28,103 nucleotides of DNA from a virus. This document shows positions 20,112 to 28,103 of this stretch, piece after piece. The notes under the pieces were generated by a model that was given only the letters and a program-made list of their open reading frames with translations, made no database searches and was not told the origin of the DNA. The stretch lies in IMG/VR virus record IMGVR_UViG_3300000304_000017, positions 1 through 28,103 of that record; one strand, given 5' to 3'. Made by a program: the position numbers and the translations under genes. The stretch's first letter is position 1, and each line of letters starts with the position of its first letter.

Positions 20112-22502
20112 TTACTCCTTGTAATCCAACGGCGTTGGGAATATGGTTTGATACTCGTAATAATCTTTTACCGGCGCATTGTTATCATTGCTCACGTCGC
20201 GCAGGGTATATTTAACCTGCCGCCTTGTAAAATCGTAGTTTAAGCCCGTAATTTTGCACGCGAGGTAAAAGGTGTTTAAGCCTTCGTACTTTGTGTAATC
20301 GCTCGCTTCGGGGTTAATCGTCAGTGGCATTTCCCGCTTCAAATTGACAATATCGCCCAATTCCAAGGCCAAGTTTAATTTGCCCGTGCAGGTTATAATG
20401 TTGGGCAGTTCGGAATAAATAGCCAACAGCTGCGGCCCTATGGCCTGCGCCAGTTCGGGGTTATCGTAATTGATTAATTGCGGCTTATCTATTTCTTTTT
20501 CAATAATCCCGTATTTGTCCGCGGGCGTAGGGCGCGCGCCCGTATTGGCGTAAAATTCAAGCGGCGCGGCGGCAAAGGTAAGCGTCAATTTTGTAGCCAG
20601 TTCGTTAAAATTGCGTGTTACCGTGTCAATTTTTACCAATTCAAATTTATCCAGCGTCGCTATCGGCTGGGTGCTCGTTTGGCGCGGACGAAAGAAAAAT
20701 ACGTTATTTCGGTCAATGCCAAACTCGTAGCCTGTTATAAGGGCCAGGTCTTGGATGACTTCCAACACGGTTTGTCCTTCAAGGTTTATAAAGTCAATGA
20801 CCATACCCGTTGCATATTTGAACACTATTAAATTTGAAATATTAAAGCTGGCCGGAGGAGGCGAGCTGATTTTTAACGCGAAATATAAATAATTTTCAGA
20901 GCGACCTATGTCGCTTCCAATATCAAAATTTCCCGCCGAAGTAAACTTTTGTCCGTCGGAAGATATAAAAACTTCATTTTGATATTGCCCGCCTTCGCCT
21001 TCCAGCGTCGCAGACACAGCTCCCCAATATCCGCCCTCATCTCCCAATTCCAAAACATTGGAAATTATTGACGGCGTGCTTAAATCGGGGCTGATGGCGT
21101 GTCCGTTACTGTCCAACATTCGCCAAACCTGGCCTAAATTGCTTATTCTTTGGTTTCGCGAGCCATACATAACTTCGCGGTCAACGTCAAAATTTGCATT
21201 GTTAAACTGAGCTACCTGTTTCCCGCCGAAAAATACTGTAATTTGATTGTTAATTTTGCGAATTTTGACGGCTATTTCCAAATAAGAAACTGGCGAATAA
21301 ACGGCCGTTCTATAACTGTAACTTAAATTCGCATTCACGGCCCTTCCAACTCCTACATAAAGACCCCTAGGAGCCTGGTTATCCACGCGAATGGCGGCGA
21401 TAACAATGCCGTTATTTATTCTGTAATACCGATTAGCCGTGCCGGAGCCGACGGCGTAGGAACCGTTAAAGCCAGCTGTGGCACCGCTCAAGTCATCAAT
21501 CCGCAAAGTAAATTCTGTTTCCCAGTTTGCAGAAAAAATGCTCCGGCGTGTGTAGGTATTTTCATCCCGCGCCGTAGTATTGGCCCAGGCGTTATCGCGG
21601 ACATTTAGCCAATTGGATATATATTCTCCGCTTTCATTTTTGTAATAGCCGAGAGCAAAGCGGACATCAGCCGATAAAGGCTGACGCACCAAAGAGTTCC
21701 AAATAACGGGTTGAATATCTCTTTTATCGTCGGGCCATTTTGAAACGTCTAAAAGTCCGCCCATAATTTCTTCAACGGTCAAATTCCGTCGCCAACAATA
21801 ATAATCCGCCGTAATGGTCGCGGAATAAAAAGCCTCGTTTATAATTTCCACAAGGGCGGGTTTTAAATATTCGCCCAGCTGCGAAACCTCATAGTCCACA
21901 CCTTCCACAAGTACGGAGCCGTTAGCATAAACAGCGTTAAAGCCGCCCACGCCCGTGTTGGCCGTGCGGTAAACGGGCCCCGCGTCGTCGTCTCTGTGGT
22001 CTAACGTCAATTTTTCGCCCGTGTACGGCGTGGAAAAATCCTTCGCTTCCACGTCGTCTAACAATTCCAACGCCGAAACGACGGATATATCCAGCTGGTA
22101 CTCTTCCGGCTTATGGTTAGGCAAAGAGCGGATAACACCGTAAAATAGCGGTGTCATATTGTTGGTATCGGTGCCCGCGTATAGCTCAATGCGCGATCCG
22201 TAAATTTGGTATCCGTCGGGGAAATAACTTTTAGGCGTACCCTCTACAAAATGATTTTGCGGGTCGGATATCGTCAATGTTACGTTGCTGGCCGTGTATT
22301 CGTTAATTTCGCCCACGTCCAATTTGGTGGAAAGCGTGCCGCATTTAATGACCTGCGCCGTAATATCTATCGGCGTGGTTTCCGGCGCGTAAGCGTTCGT
22401 CTGCGCGTCCCACTTATTGCGGTACATCAAAATAATGGGCTTAATCCCGCGCAAATCGTTACTTTTTAATTTTGCGGCCAACGCCGCCGGAAGTGTCATC
22501 AT
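20112..22502 (-). CDS. Tail-associated / baseplate hub protein (Tal-like)
   Basis: 796 aa, in the third position after the tape measure (TMP-Dit-Tal order). No catalytic motif recognised by eye. Confidence 0.55.
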   Translation of the reverse strand: MMTLPAALAAKLKSNDLRGIKPIILMYRNKWDAQTNAYAPETTPIDITAQVIKCGTLSTKLDVGEINEYTASNVTLTISDPQNHFVEGTPKSYFPDGYQIYGSRIELYAGTDTNNMTPLFYGVIRSLPNHKPEEYQLDISVVSALELLDDVEAKDFSTPYTGEKLTLDHRDDDAGPVYRTANTGVGGFNAVYANGSVLVEGVDYEVSQLGEYLKPALVEIINEAFYSATITADYYCWRRNLTVEEIMGGLLDVSKWPDDKRDIQPVIWNSLVRQPLSADVRFALGYYKNESGEYISNWLNVRDNAWANTTARDENTYTRRSIFSANWETEFTLRIDDLSGATAGFNGSYAVGSGTANRYYRINNGIVIAAIRVDNQAPRGLYVGVGRAVNANLSYSYRTAVYSPVSYLEIAVKIRKINNQITVFFGGKQVAQFNNANFDVDREVMYGSRNQRISNLGQVWRMLDSNGHAISPDLSTPSIISNVLELGDEGGYWGAVSATLEGEGGQYQNEVFISSDGQKFTSAGNFDIGSDIGRSENYLYFALKISSPPPASFNISNLIVFKYATGMVIDFINLEGQTVLEVIQDLALITGYEFGIDRNNVFFFRPRQTSTQPIATLDKFELVKIDTVTRNFNELATKLTLTFAAAPLEFYANTGARPTPADKYGIIEKEIDKPQLINYDNPELAQAIGPQLLAIYSELPNIITCTGKLNLALELGDIVNLKREMPLTINPEASDYTKYEGLNTFYLACKITGLNYDFTRRQVKYTLRDVSNDNNAPVKDYYEYQTIFPTPLDYKE

Positions 22503-23212
22503 AATTCTTCAAGCTCCAAATCCAGCGCATACAGGCCCGTTTTTCTGTCCAACGAAAAAGAATATTCGGGGTCGGCGTAGCACTCGTATATACCGCCGAT
22601 TTCATCGTCGTAAAACGGGAGCATAGTCAGCTGGTTGCTCTCATCCACGGCGGCGGTTATATCCTTAAATTGCGCCTCCGGCAAATTCTCCGTCTTTAAC
22701 TTCGTCGTCAATTTGTCATAGTCGCCGTAATACACGATATCGCCCGACACCAGCCGGTAGCTGCCCTGGTTGGTATCCTTTTTAAAGGTCGCGTCCGTCA
22801 GCGCGAACAGGTCGCATATGTAGCCAAACAGCATAAGCCGCCCAACGGTTACGGTGCCTGGGTTGCCGTCCGCCGTTATGCTTATCTTCAAAGATGAAGT
22901 AGTAACGGCCTGCTGGGCCTTTAGCATAAAGGTATTATCAGTATTGCCGGACACGGTAAAAAGCGTATTGTAATTGCCCGTGCTGTCGGCGGCGGATATG
23001 GTAGCGTTGACCAGCGTAGTATCCTGCAATATCAGCGTATCTACTTTGCGGTTGGTAATATTGCCCCAGCGGTCTGTAAAAAAGAAGGTAAATTCATAGG
23101 GGAAACTTTGGATATTGATATTAGATAACTGGCCCGACAGGTCCGTCCCGCTTCCGTCGGAAATCATTTTGCCGTAGTCTTGTGTTAAAAAAATGAAAGG
23201 CCGCTTTATCAT
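22499..23212 (-). CDS. Distal tail protein (Dit-like)
   Basis: 237 aa, directly after the tape measure, with ATGA-type overlaps at both ends. The call rests on synteny. Confidence 0.5.
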   Translation of the reverse strand: MIKRPFIFLTQDYGKMISDGSGTDLSGQLSNINIQSFPYEFTFFFTDRWGNITNRKVDTLILQDTTLVNATISAADSTGNYNTLFTVSGNTDNTFMLKAQQAVTTSSLKISITADGNPGTVTVGRLMLFGYICDLFALTDATFKKDTNQGSYRLVSGDIVYYGDYDKLTTKLKTENLPEAQFKDITAAVDESNQLTMLPFYDDEIGGIYECYADPEYSFSLDRKTGLYALDLELEEL

Positions 23213-25266
23213 ACCGTAAGACCCCCTTGCGCATTGCCCGCTTTAACGGCCACGTTGGCGTAGCGTAACGCTTCCGTTACGCCGTTTTGCGTAGCCTCGG
23301 TCAGCTGCTCCAAAAACGGCTGTAATCCACCGGAAGCATTGATATTGACATTTACCACCACAGAGCCGCCCAGGCCGTCGCTTTCTTCTGCAATGGCCCC
23401 TCCAATGCGGCGCATAGCCTGCGTGTTGTCTAAAGGCAGTACCGCTTCGTCGCTGCCGCCTTCGCCGATTACCGCGTTTACGCCGCCTGTAACAGCGCGC
23501 ACAAGGCCGCCGTTAGCCAGCTTAACCGCTTCAATTTGTTGCACCAGAGCCGCGCCCTGCGCCAATACGGTAGCCACTGCGGCAAGGTTGGCGGGGAACG
23601 GGAGTTCTAACGCTTTTGCCGCGCCCGTAAACATAGACATCGTGGCCTGCGCAATGCTGGCTACTTTGCCAATAGTCGCCACTTTTTTATTTTCAGACGA
23701 AGCCAGACCAGTAAGGGCCGACCACATGGTACCGTAGACCTGTTGGCGTGCCTTGGCCTGCTTTTTGTCGTTCTCAATTTTTTGCTGGTTATACTGTGCT
23801 TCCAAATTCGCCAGGGCTTCTTGCTTTAGCGTTTCGTCGGAGATTTCCTGCTCAATGTAAGATAATTTAAGTTCGCGCAGCTCTTCCAGCCGTTCCGCTT
23901 CCGCGTCATATTGCGCAACGGCATCCGCCGCGCCGCCCAGCTCGCTGTCTCCGCCTGCGAATATTTCTGCGCCCGTTGGGCCAGGCTCGCTGTTATCGGC
24001 GTTTCTGTTCCACCCCTTTAAGTCCTTTGAAGAAGAAAGGCCCAAATTATCTAAAATCTTCTGCTGACGTTCCAATTCATTAGTAACTTCGCCCTGCGCC
24101 GACGCTTCGCCCTGCGCCTGCTGTTTCTTTTGGCGCGCGGCGTTTATTTGTTGGGCCTGGATTTCCAGCTGTTTGTTTTGCTCCTCGGTAATCTTCTGTT
24201 CTTCAGGCCAAATTTCGGTAATTTCCCGCCGCATTCTGTTCAGCGTTGCAGTCTGCTGTTCCGCGTTGTCCGCAGCCTGCGAAATCCACTCTTCCGCGCC
24301 CTTCACGGCCTCTGCTACACCGGCGGGGATAAGGTGCAATTTGTTACCGATTTCCACGATTTTGCCAAACGCTTTTAAGGCCACATCGGCAAAATTTAAT
24401 ATAACGGCCCGCGCTCCGGCGGTACCTGTTTGAATAATTCCCAAAAACCAGTCGTAAGAATTGCCGCCGGCCACAAACGCCTTTTGCAGCCACGACATAG
24501 CCTCCGTCAGCCATTCCACGGCGGGGGCAAGGCCTTCGTTTAAGCCCTGGCCTACCAGCTCTTTAAAACCGCCCCAGGCTTCGCGCAACGCGCCCATTTT
24601 GGCCGTAGTATCACCCATAGCGGCCTGTGCGGACGGGCCAAATTGTTCGTTAATCTGTTTTACCGCCGCTTCAAATTCCTGCCCTTCTTTTACGTTGTCG
24701 CCCAATACAACGCCGTAGCGCGTTAATGTAGCCGTACTTCCGGCGGCGGCGCGGGTAAGCAATTGCAAGGCACTTTCAAACGCCATGCCCTGGTTGGCCG
24801 ACAGGGCAAACGCGGCGCGTATAGCCTCTTGTGCCTGTGCGCCCACCACTCCGTAGTTAGCCAATGCGCGCTGTCCCTTTATAAACAGTTCTCCGTCAAG
24901 GCCCGTAGAGCGTTCCATTTCGTCGGCAAACGCCAACGCCTGCTGCATAGCCCCGCTGGCCGTATAGCCCACATTGTCAAACGCGGCGGCCAACATATTG
25001 ACGTTGCGCGCGTGCTCTTGGTATTCCCTTACGCTTTGGGCAAAGAAATCAACAACGCCTTTAGCGGCGACGAGGGCCGCGCCAACCTTCGCGGCTCCGG
25101 CGGCCATGGCGGCGAAACCCGTTTGCCCTTCCGCGCCCGCTTTCTTTGCGGCGTTGCCCGCGCTTTTGGCGGTATCGGCTACCTTTTGCGCGTCAGCGGC
25201 GGCGGTTTTGGCCCCTTTACCGTCATACTCGGTTTCATATTTTATGGTTACTTTCTCGTCGGCCAT
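23209..25266 (-). CDS. Tape measure protein
   Basis: 685 aa, Ala/Gly/Gln-rich helical with a central coiled coil (EQNKQLEIQAQQINAARQKKQQAQ). It follows the frameshifted chaperone pair. At about 1.5 A per residue this implies a tail of roughly 100 nm (inference). Confidence 0.85.
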   Translation of the reverse strand: MADEKVTIKYETEYDGKGAKTAAADAQKVADTAKSAGNAAKKAGAEGQTGFAAMAAGAAKVGAALVAAKGVVDFFAQSVREYQEHARNVNMLAAAFDNVGYTASGAMQQALAFADEMERSTGLDGELFIKGQRALANYGVVGAQAQEAIRAAFALSANQGMAFESALQLLTRAAAGSTATLTRYGVVLGDNVKEGQEFEAAVKQINEQFGPSAQAAMGDTTAKMGALREAWGGFKELVGQGLNEGLAPAVEWLTEAMSWLQKAFVAGGNSYDWFLGIIQTGTAGARAVILNFADVALKAFGKIVEIGNKLHLIPAGVAEAVKGAEEWISQAADNAEQQTATLNRMRREITEIWPEEQKITEEQNKQLEIQAQQINAARQKKQQAQGEASAQGEVTNELERQQKILDNLGLSSSKDLKGWNRNADNSEPGPTGAEIFAGGDSELGGAADAVAQYDAEAERLEELRELKLSYIEQEISDETLKQEALANLEAQYNQQKIENDKKQAKARQQVYGTMWSALTGLASSENKKVATIGKVASIAQATMSMFTGAAKALELPFPANLAAVATVLAQGAALVQQIEAVKLANGGLVRAVTGGVNAVIGEGGSDEAVLPLDNTQAMRRIGGAIAEESDGLGGSVVVNVNINASGGLQPFLEQLTEATQNGVTEALRYANVAVKAGNAQGGLTV

Positions 25267-25872
25267 TATTGTTTACCTTTAATTTAATGCCCATTTGCTT
25301 AAACGCATTTAACGGCGTTTGCGGCGTTAAATGTTTCGTTTTTACGCCCGCGTTTTTCATTGCTTCCGCTTCGGCTTTTTGCGCTTTTACATACTCCAAA
25401 ACGTAAGCGTTTATTTGCGTCAGCGTCAAATCGTCTATGCTTTTTCCAAAAAATTCATTTATGATTTTGGCGATGAAGCCAAAACCTGCGTTGCTTTGGG
25501 TATTGACTGCACCGCCGTCGTAAAATTTGAAACTATCCGCTCCATATCATTGACGGCCCAAACGGCCAAAATCAAATCTGCAAATTCCGTCAGCGTAATA
25601 TCATCGGGGTTTATGTCTTTTGCATTCGGCACGCAGAAGGACAACACTTGCGGCAAATTCGCAAGCAAAAGACGGTTAAACGCAGGTAAATCGGCGGAGG
25701 CCAGCTTGATTAAATCAGGCGTTTTACCGACGATGTTTATCAGTTCCAACGCCTTCGCCAGCTTAAACGCTTCTATCACTACCGGCTTGCCGCCGATAGT
25801 GATAGTCGCTTTCTTTCGGTTTATAGCGTCCGTGATATCTAGTTCCTTTTTGCTCTTTTTGAATTTGAACAT
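25235..25872 (-). CDS. Tail assembly chaperone -1 frameshift product (gpGT-like)
   Basis: The -1 frame is open from just upstream of the slippery site to 25235 and overlaps the tape measure start. I confirmed the frame relation from coordinates (frame 0 codon starts are 0 mod 3, extension 1 mod 3 on the minus strand). Confidence 0.55.
25459..25872 (-). CDS. Tail assembly chaperone (gpG-like, frame 0 product)
   Basis: Start MFKFKKSKK at 25872 (TAATG overlap with the major tail stop). Lies between the major tail and tape measure genes. Confidence 0.7.
   Translation of the reverse strand: MFKFKKSKKELDITDAINRKKATITIGGKPVVIEAFKLAKALELINIVGKTPDLIKLASADLPAFNRLLLANLPQVLSFCVPNAKDINPDDITLTEFADLILAVWAVNDMERIVSNFTTAVQSIPKATQVLASSPKS
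25522..25528 (-). promoter_or_regulatory. Candidate -1 slippery heptamer A AAT TTT
   Basis: On the minus strand, frame 0 reads TCA AAT TTT ACG. A_AAT_TTT fits X_XXY_YYZ and is the only such site I found between the -1 frame's upstream stop and the frame 0 stop. Confidence 0.5.
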
Positions 25873-26414
25873 TAAGCCGCCTCGGGGTAAGTGTCCGTAA
25901 TCTGCAAAAAGTTTGCATTTCCGTCCTCGGTCGGGCAATTAATAATAACGCCCTCCAAATTCGCCGTTTGCGCGTCCGTGCGGGAGAAGGCCAATTCCGT
26001 AGTTCCGCCCAGCGCAATTTTGGGGAAGTAGATTTCGCGTACGGCTTTTTCGCCTTCGTCGTTGACGGGGCCGTCGGTTTCCAGCCATACCTGGTAGTAG
26101 CGTTCCTGCGCCAGCGTAGCCTGTCCGTCTGCGCCAAACTCAACGCCCAGCCCAATAGCCAGATTTTCCAAAGACATGCTGGCCAGCGGAGCCGCAAAGT
26201 TATAATTTACGGCGGTGGCAATGCGGCGGACGGGGATTAGCGACTGGTCTACCATTACGTCCGCGTACTCAAACGCGGCGGTAAGGGTAACATTGCCGTT
26301 GGTAAAGCCCACGTCCCGCGCGGCGGTTTTTTCTACGCCCAATGGCGCAATGAGCATTTTTTTAATGCCCGAAAGAACAATGTTCTGACATTCTTTGCTA
26401 GGTGTTCCTGCCAT
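25872..26414 (-). CDS. Major tail protein
   Basis: I prefer the start MAGTPSKE at 26414, after AAGGAG. 180 aa. It lies between the tail-completion genes and the chaperone. Confidence 0.65.
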   Translation of the reverse strand: MAGTPSKECQNIVLSGIKKMLIAPLGVEKTAARDVGFTNGNVTLTAAFEYADVMVDQSLIPVRRIATAVNYNFAAPLASMSLENLAIGLGVEFGADGQATLAQERYYQVWLETDGPVNDEGEKAVREIYFPKIALGGTTELAFSRTDAQTANLEGVIINCPTEDGNANFLQITDTYPEAA

Positions 26415-26436
26415 TTTTTCGCTCCTTTTTGCGCTT

Positions 26437-26844
26437 TTAGGCGCATTTTGTGAAATAAAAATCAAACGAAACTACTTTTTCCTGCGCCTGCTCGGTGTTA
26501 AGCGGGAAATGATTAGACACACTGCCCATTACCGCGTGCGCCTCGTGTATAATAATCCCGCTTTTTGCCAAATCGGCGCAAAAGAATGTATCGTACTGCT
26601 GGAGTATATCGTATATGCGATTTCGCACGTCCTGCGCGCTCTTTATCGTTTTGGCATATATGTTAAACGTCAAATTTTGCGTATACGCCCACGGCTCATT
26701 AATCGGGCTGGTCGGCTCGTCCGCGCTCATAACGACGGCGGGCAAGGTTTTAACCTGTGCCATATCGGGGTATATGCGCGTGCTTACCAACGCCGCCAGT
26801 GCGCTGTCCGCTTTTAACACTTTAAGCACGATATTCTCAATCAT
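26437..26844 (-). CDS. Tail terminator / completion protein (DUF3168-like)
   Basis: The N-terminus MIENIVLKVLKADSALAALVSTRIYPDMAQVKTLPAVVMS fits the DUF3168 pattern. Synteny agrees. Confidence 0.6.
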   Translation of the reverse strand: MIENIVLKVLKADSALAALVSTRIYPDMAQVKTLPAVVMSADEPTSPINEPWAYTQNLTFNIYAKTIKSAQDVRNRIYDILQQYDTFFCADLAKSGIIIHEAHAVMGSVSNHFPLNTEQAQEKVVSFDFYFTKCA

Positions 26845-27293
26845 TTCCCGCTCCCGCCGGATAATGGTTTAAAATATTCCCAAAATTTTTTATTTATTTT
26901 TTCAGGGTTATAATCGTTTTTTACAGCCCATAAAAACGGGCGTATGCCGTCGTTATTGCGCCCTTCCAAATACTTCGCATACTCCACCGACGAGGCACCG
27001 GCTCCGCTTCCCACTTCGCTGAAAACGCGGCGGCCTTGCGCCAAAATCTTATAGCCGATACTGTCGCGCAAGCGCAATGTATGCGCGTATGGTAAAGAGC
27101 CGGCGGGGCTGTTTTGATAGTTCTTATCCTTCGGGCTCCGGCCCGCGCGGAAAGAAAGCCCGCGTTTTAATTTGGCGGTGGCTTCGGCGGCTACCTTGCT
27201 ATGCGCTTTCGTCATAGCTAAAACCGCGTTACGCTCTTCCTCTTGCAACTTGCGGACCAGTTCGTTAAGTCCTTTAACGGTTAATTTAATCAT
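26841..27293 (-). CDS. HK97 gp10-family tail-component protein
   Basis: MIKLTVKGLNELVRKLQ..., 150 aa, positioned between the head-closure and tail-terminator genes. Confidence 0.6.
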   Translation of the reverse strand: MIKLTVKGLNELVRKLQEEERNAVLAMTKAHSKVAAEATAKLKRGLSFRAGRSPKDKNYQNSPAGSLPYAHTLRLRDSIGYKILAQGRRVFSEVGSGAGASSVEYAKYLEGRNNDGIRPFLWAVKNDYNPEKINKKFWEYFKPLSGGSGK

Positions 27294-27627
27294 CCAATGC
27301 CACCCGCTCCAAGTCCAGCCTTAAATATCTTTTGCGCCCGCCCATATCTTTGACTTCGCTAACACGAAACTGCGCGCCGCGTACTTCCACGACATGCACC
27401 GTTTTTAAAATTTCAAAATCCGGCGGGAATAAATAGAGCCTGTCTGTATTGCTTCCCGTTACCAGCCGTCCACTCCTGTCTAACGCGCCGGAGCCGTTTT
27501 GAAAGGCGCACGGCACATTTTCGGCTACTAATTCCTGCGTAAAAACCTGCTCGCCCGTTTCTTCGTCCACGCTTTCCACGCGGGCGTATATATTGCAAGT
27601 ATCATTAAGCAAAGAGCCAAAACTCAT
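27286..27627 (-). CDS. Head closure / head-tail adaptor protein (SPP1 gp16-like)
   Basis: 113 aa: LLNDTCNIYARVESVDEETGEQV...CAFQ...RLYLFP...FRVSEV, consistent with the head-tail joining family. Synteny agrees. Confidence 0.6.
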   Translation of the reverse strand: MSFGSLLNDTCNIYARVESVDEETGEQVFTQELVAENVPCAFQNGSGALDRSGRLVTGSNTDRLYLFPPDFEILKTVHVVEVRGAQFRVSEVKDMGGRKRYLRLDLERVALDD

Positions 27628-28103
27628 AAACGCACCTTATCCAATATAGACGCAATGCCTTCGGGCAAGCCGCGCACCAGAGCCGCCTTTGTGTACGAAT
27701 AATCGGATAAGTGCTCAGAAGAATATCCGCCCATAGCGTAAGGGTCTGCGTAAAGCCAGCCCAAAAGCCCTTGTGCCGCACTTTTTAACAGCGCGGGGGC
27801 TTGCGTATAGTCATCGTATAAACCCGCGTTATAACTGATTTTAAGCGCGGCAATTTGCCCCGCAGGGCGCGGCATAACACCAGGTGCAAACAAACTGCCG
27901 GACAAAATCTGCACGGTTTCTTTACCTACCGAATATTTAATATCCGTCGCCGCCTGATAACCGCCGTCGCTTTGCAAAACTTTAATTTCTTTGACGGAAT
28001 TTATCGGCGCGTATTGCGGGGAAATAATACTGATTTTTTTGTACGGCAGCGTTACCGCTTCGTCGGCGATGTCGCGCTTAATGAAGGTAACGTTTAAATA
28101 CGC
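27624..28103 (-). CDS. Head-tail connector (gp6-like) protein, C-terminal part; the N-terminal part is at 162..1
   Basis: The reading frame is open to the window end and continues in frame from 1..162 once the 54-bp overlap is collapsed. Stop at 27624. Confidence 0.6.
   Translation of the reverse strand, partial: AYLNVTFIKRDIADEAVTLPYKKISIISPQYAPINSVKEIKVLQSDGGYQAATDIKYSVGKETVQILSGSLFAPGVMPRPAGQIAALKISYNAGLYDDYTQAPALLKSAAQGLLGWLYADPYAMGGYSSEHLSDYSYTKAALVRGLPEGIASILDKVRL
28050..28103. repeat. Terminal direct repeat copy 2 (54 bp), identical to 1..54
   Basis: Same 54-mer as at 1..54. An ORF stays in frame when 1 is joined to 28049. Confidence 0.95.

Noticed and set aside
1-28103. Lysogeny module, tRNAs, CRISPR array, DGR or retron
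   Set aside because: I looked for integrase/recombinase, CI/Cro-like HTH proteins, T-loop GGTTCGAATCC-type tRNA signatures, regularly spaced direct repeats, and reverse transcriptase motifs, and found none. The Ala-rich fibre repeats have no template repeat or RT partner.

Overview
The window is a complete, circularly closed tailed-phage genome of about 28.05 kb (siphovirus-like, HK97-type head). Bases 1-54 recur exactly at 28050-28103, and a head-tail connector gene reads in frame through that junction. Two divergent transcription units leave a 445-bp AT-rich control region (7616-8061) and converge at 16771-16904. The minus-strand late unit runs from 7615 down through 1 and wraps to 16905. 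It encodes a Dps/ferritin-like protein, a ParB-methyltransferase fusion, small and large terminase, a portal-MuF fusion, prohead protease, major capsid, connector and adaptor proteins, major tail protein, a -1 frameshifted tail chaperone, tape measure, Dit/Tal-like proteins, a fibre, and a five-gene lysis cassette with overlapped spanins. The plus-strand early unit (8062-16770) encodes tiny membrane peptides, Cys-rich mini-proteins, RecT/Bet, a DUF1351-like protein, VRR-NUC, a putative replication organiser, a MazG-like protein, a second methyltransferase and YopX. It ends in a low-GC accessory island holding a NUMOD3 protein, relics of a second MazG-like/methyltransferase pair, orphan ORFs and a Lar-family restriction-alleviation gene. 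I saw no integrase, repressor, tRNA, CRISPR array, reverse transcriptase or DNA polymerase. The items most worth a second look are: (1) hairpin-dense, GNRA-tetraloop-rich noncoding blocks at 8960-9171 and 9385-9641 flanking an orphan gene; (2) a promoter-to-terminator candidate ncRNA/leader at about 7822-8038 that shares a 9-nt motif with the late-operon leader; (3) the low-GC island at 14810-16330 with recombination scars and unknown ORFs beside Lar; (4) a Dps-like first gene of the late operon. All functional calls come from reading motifs by eye. No database search was run.
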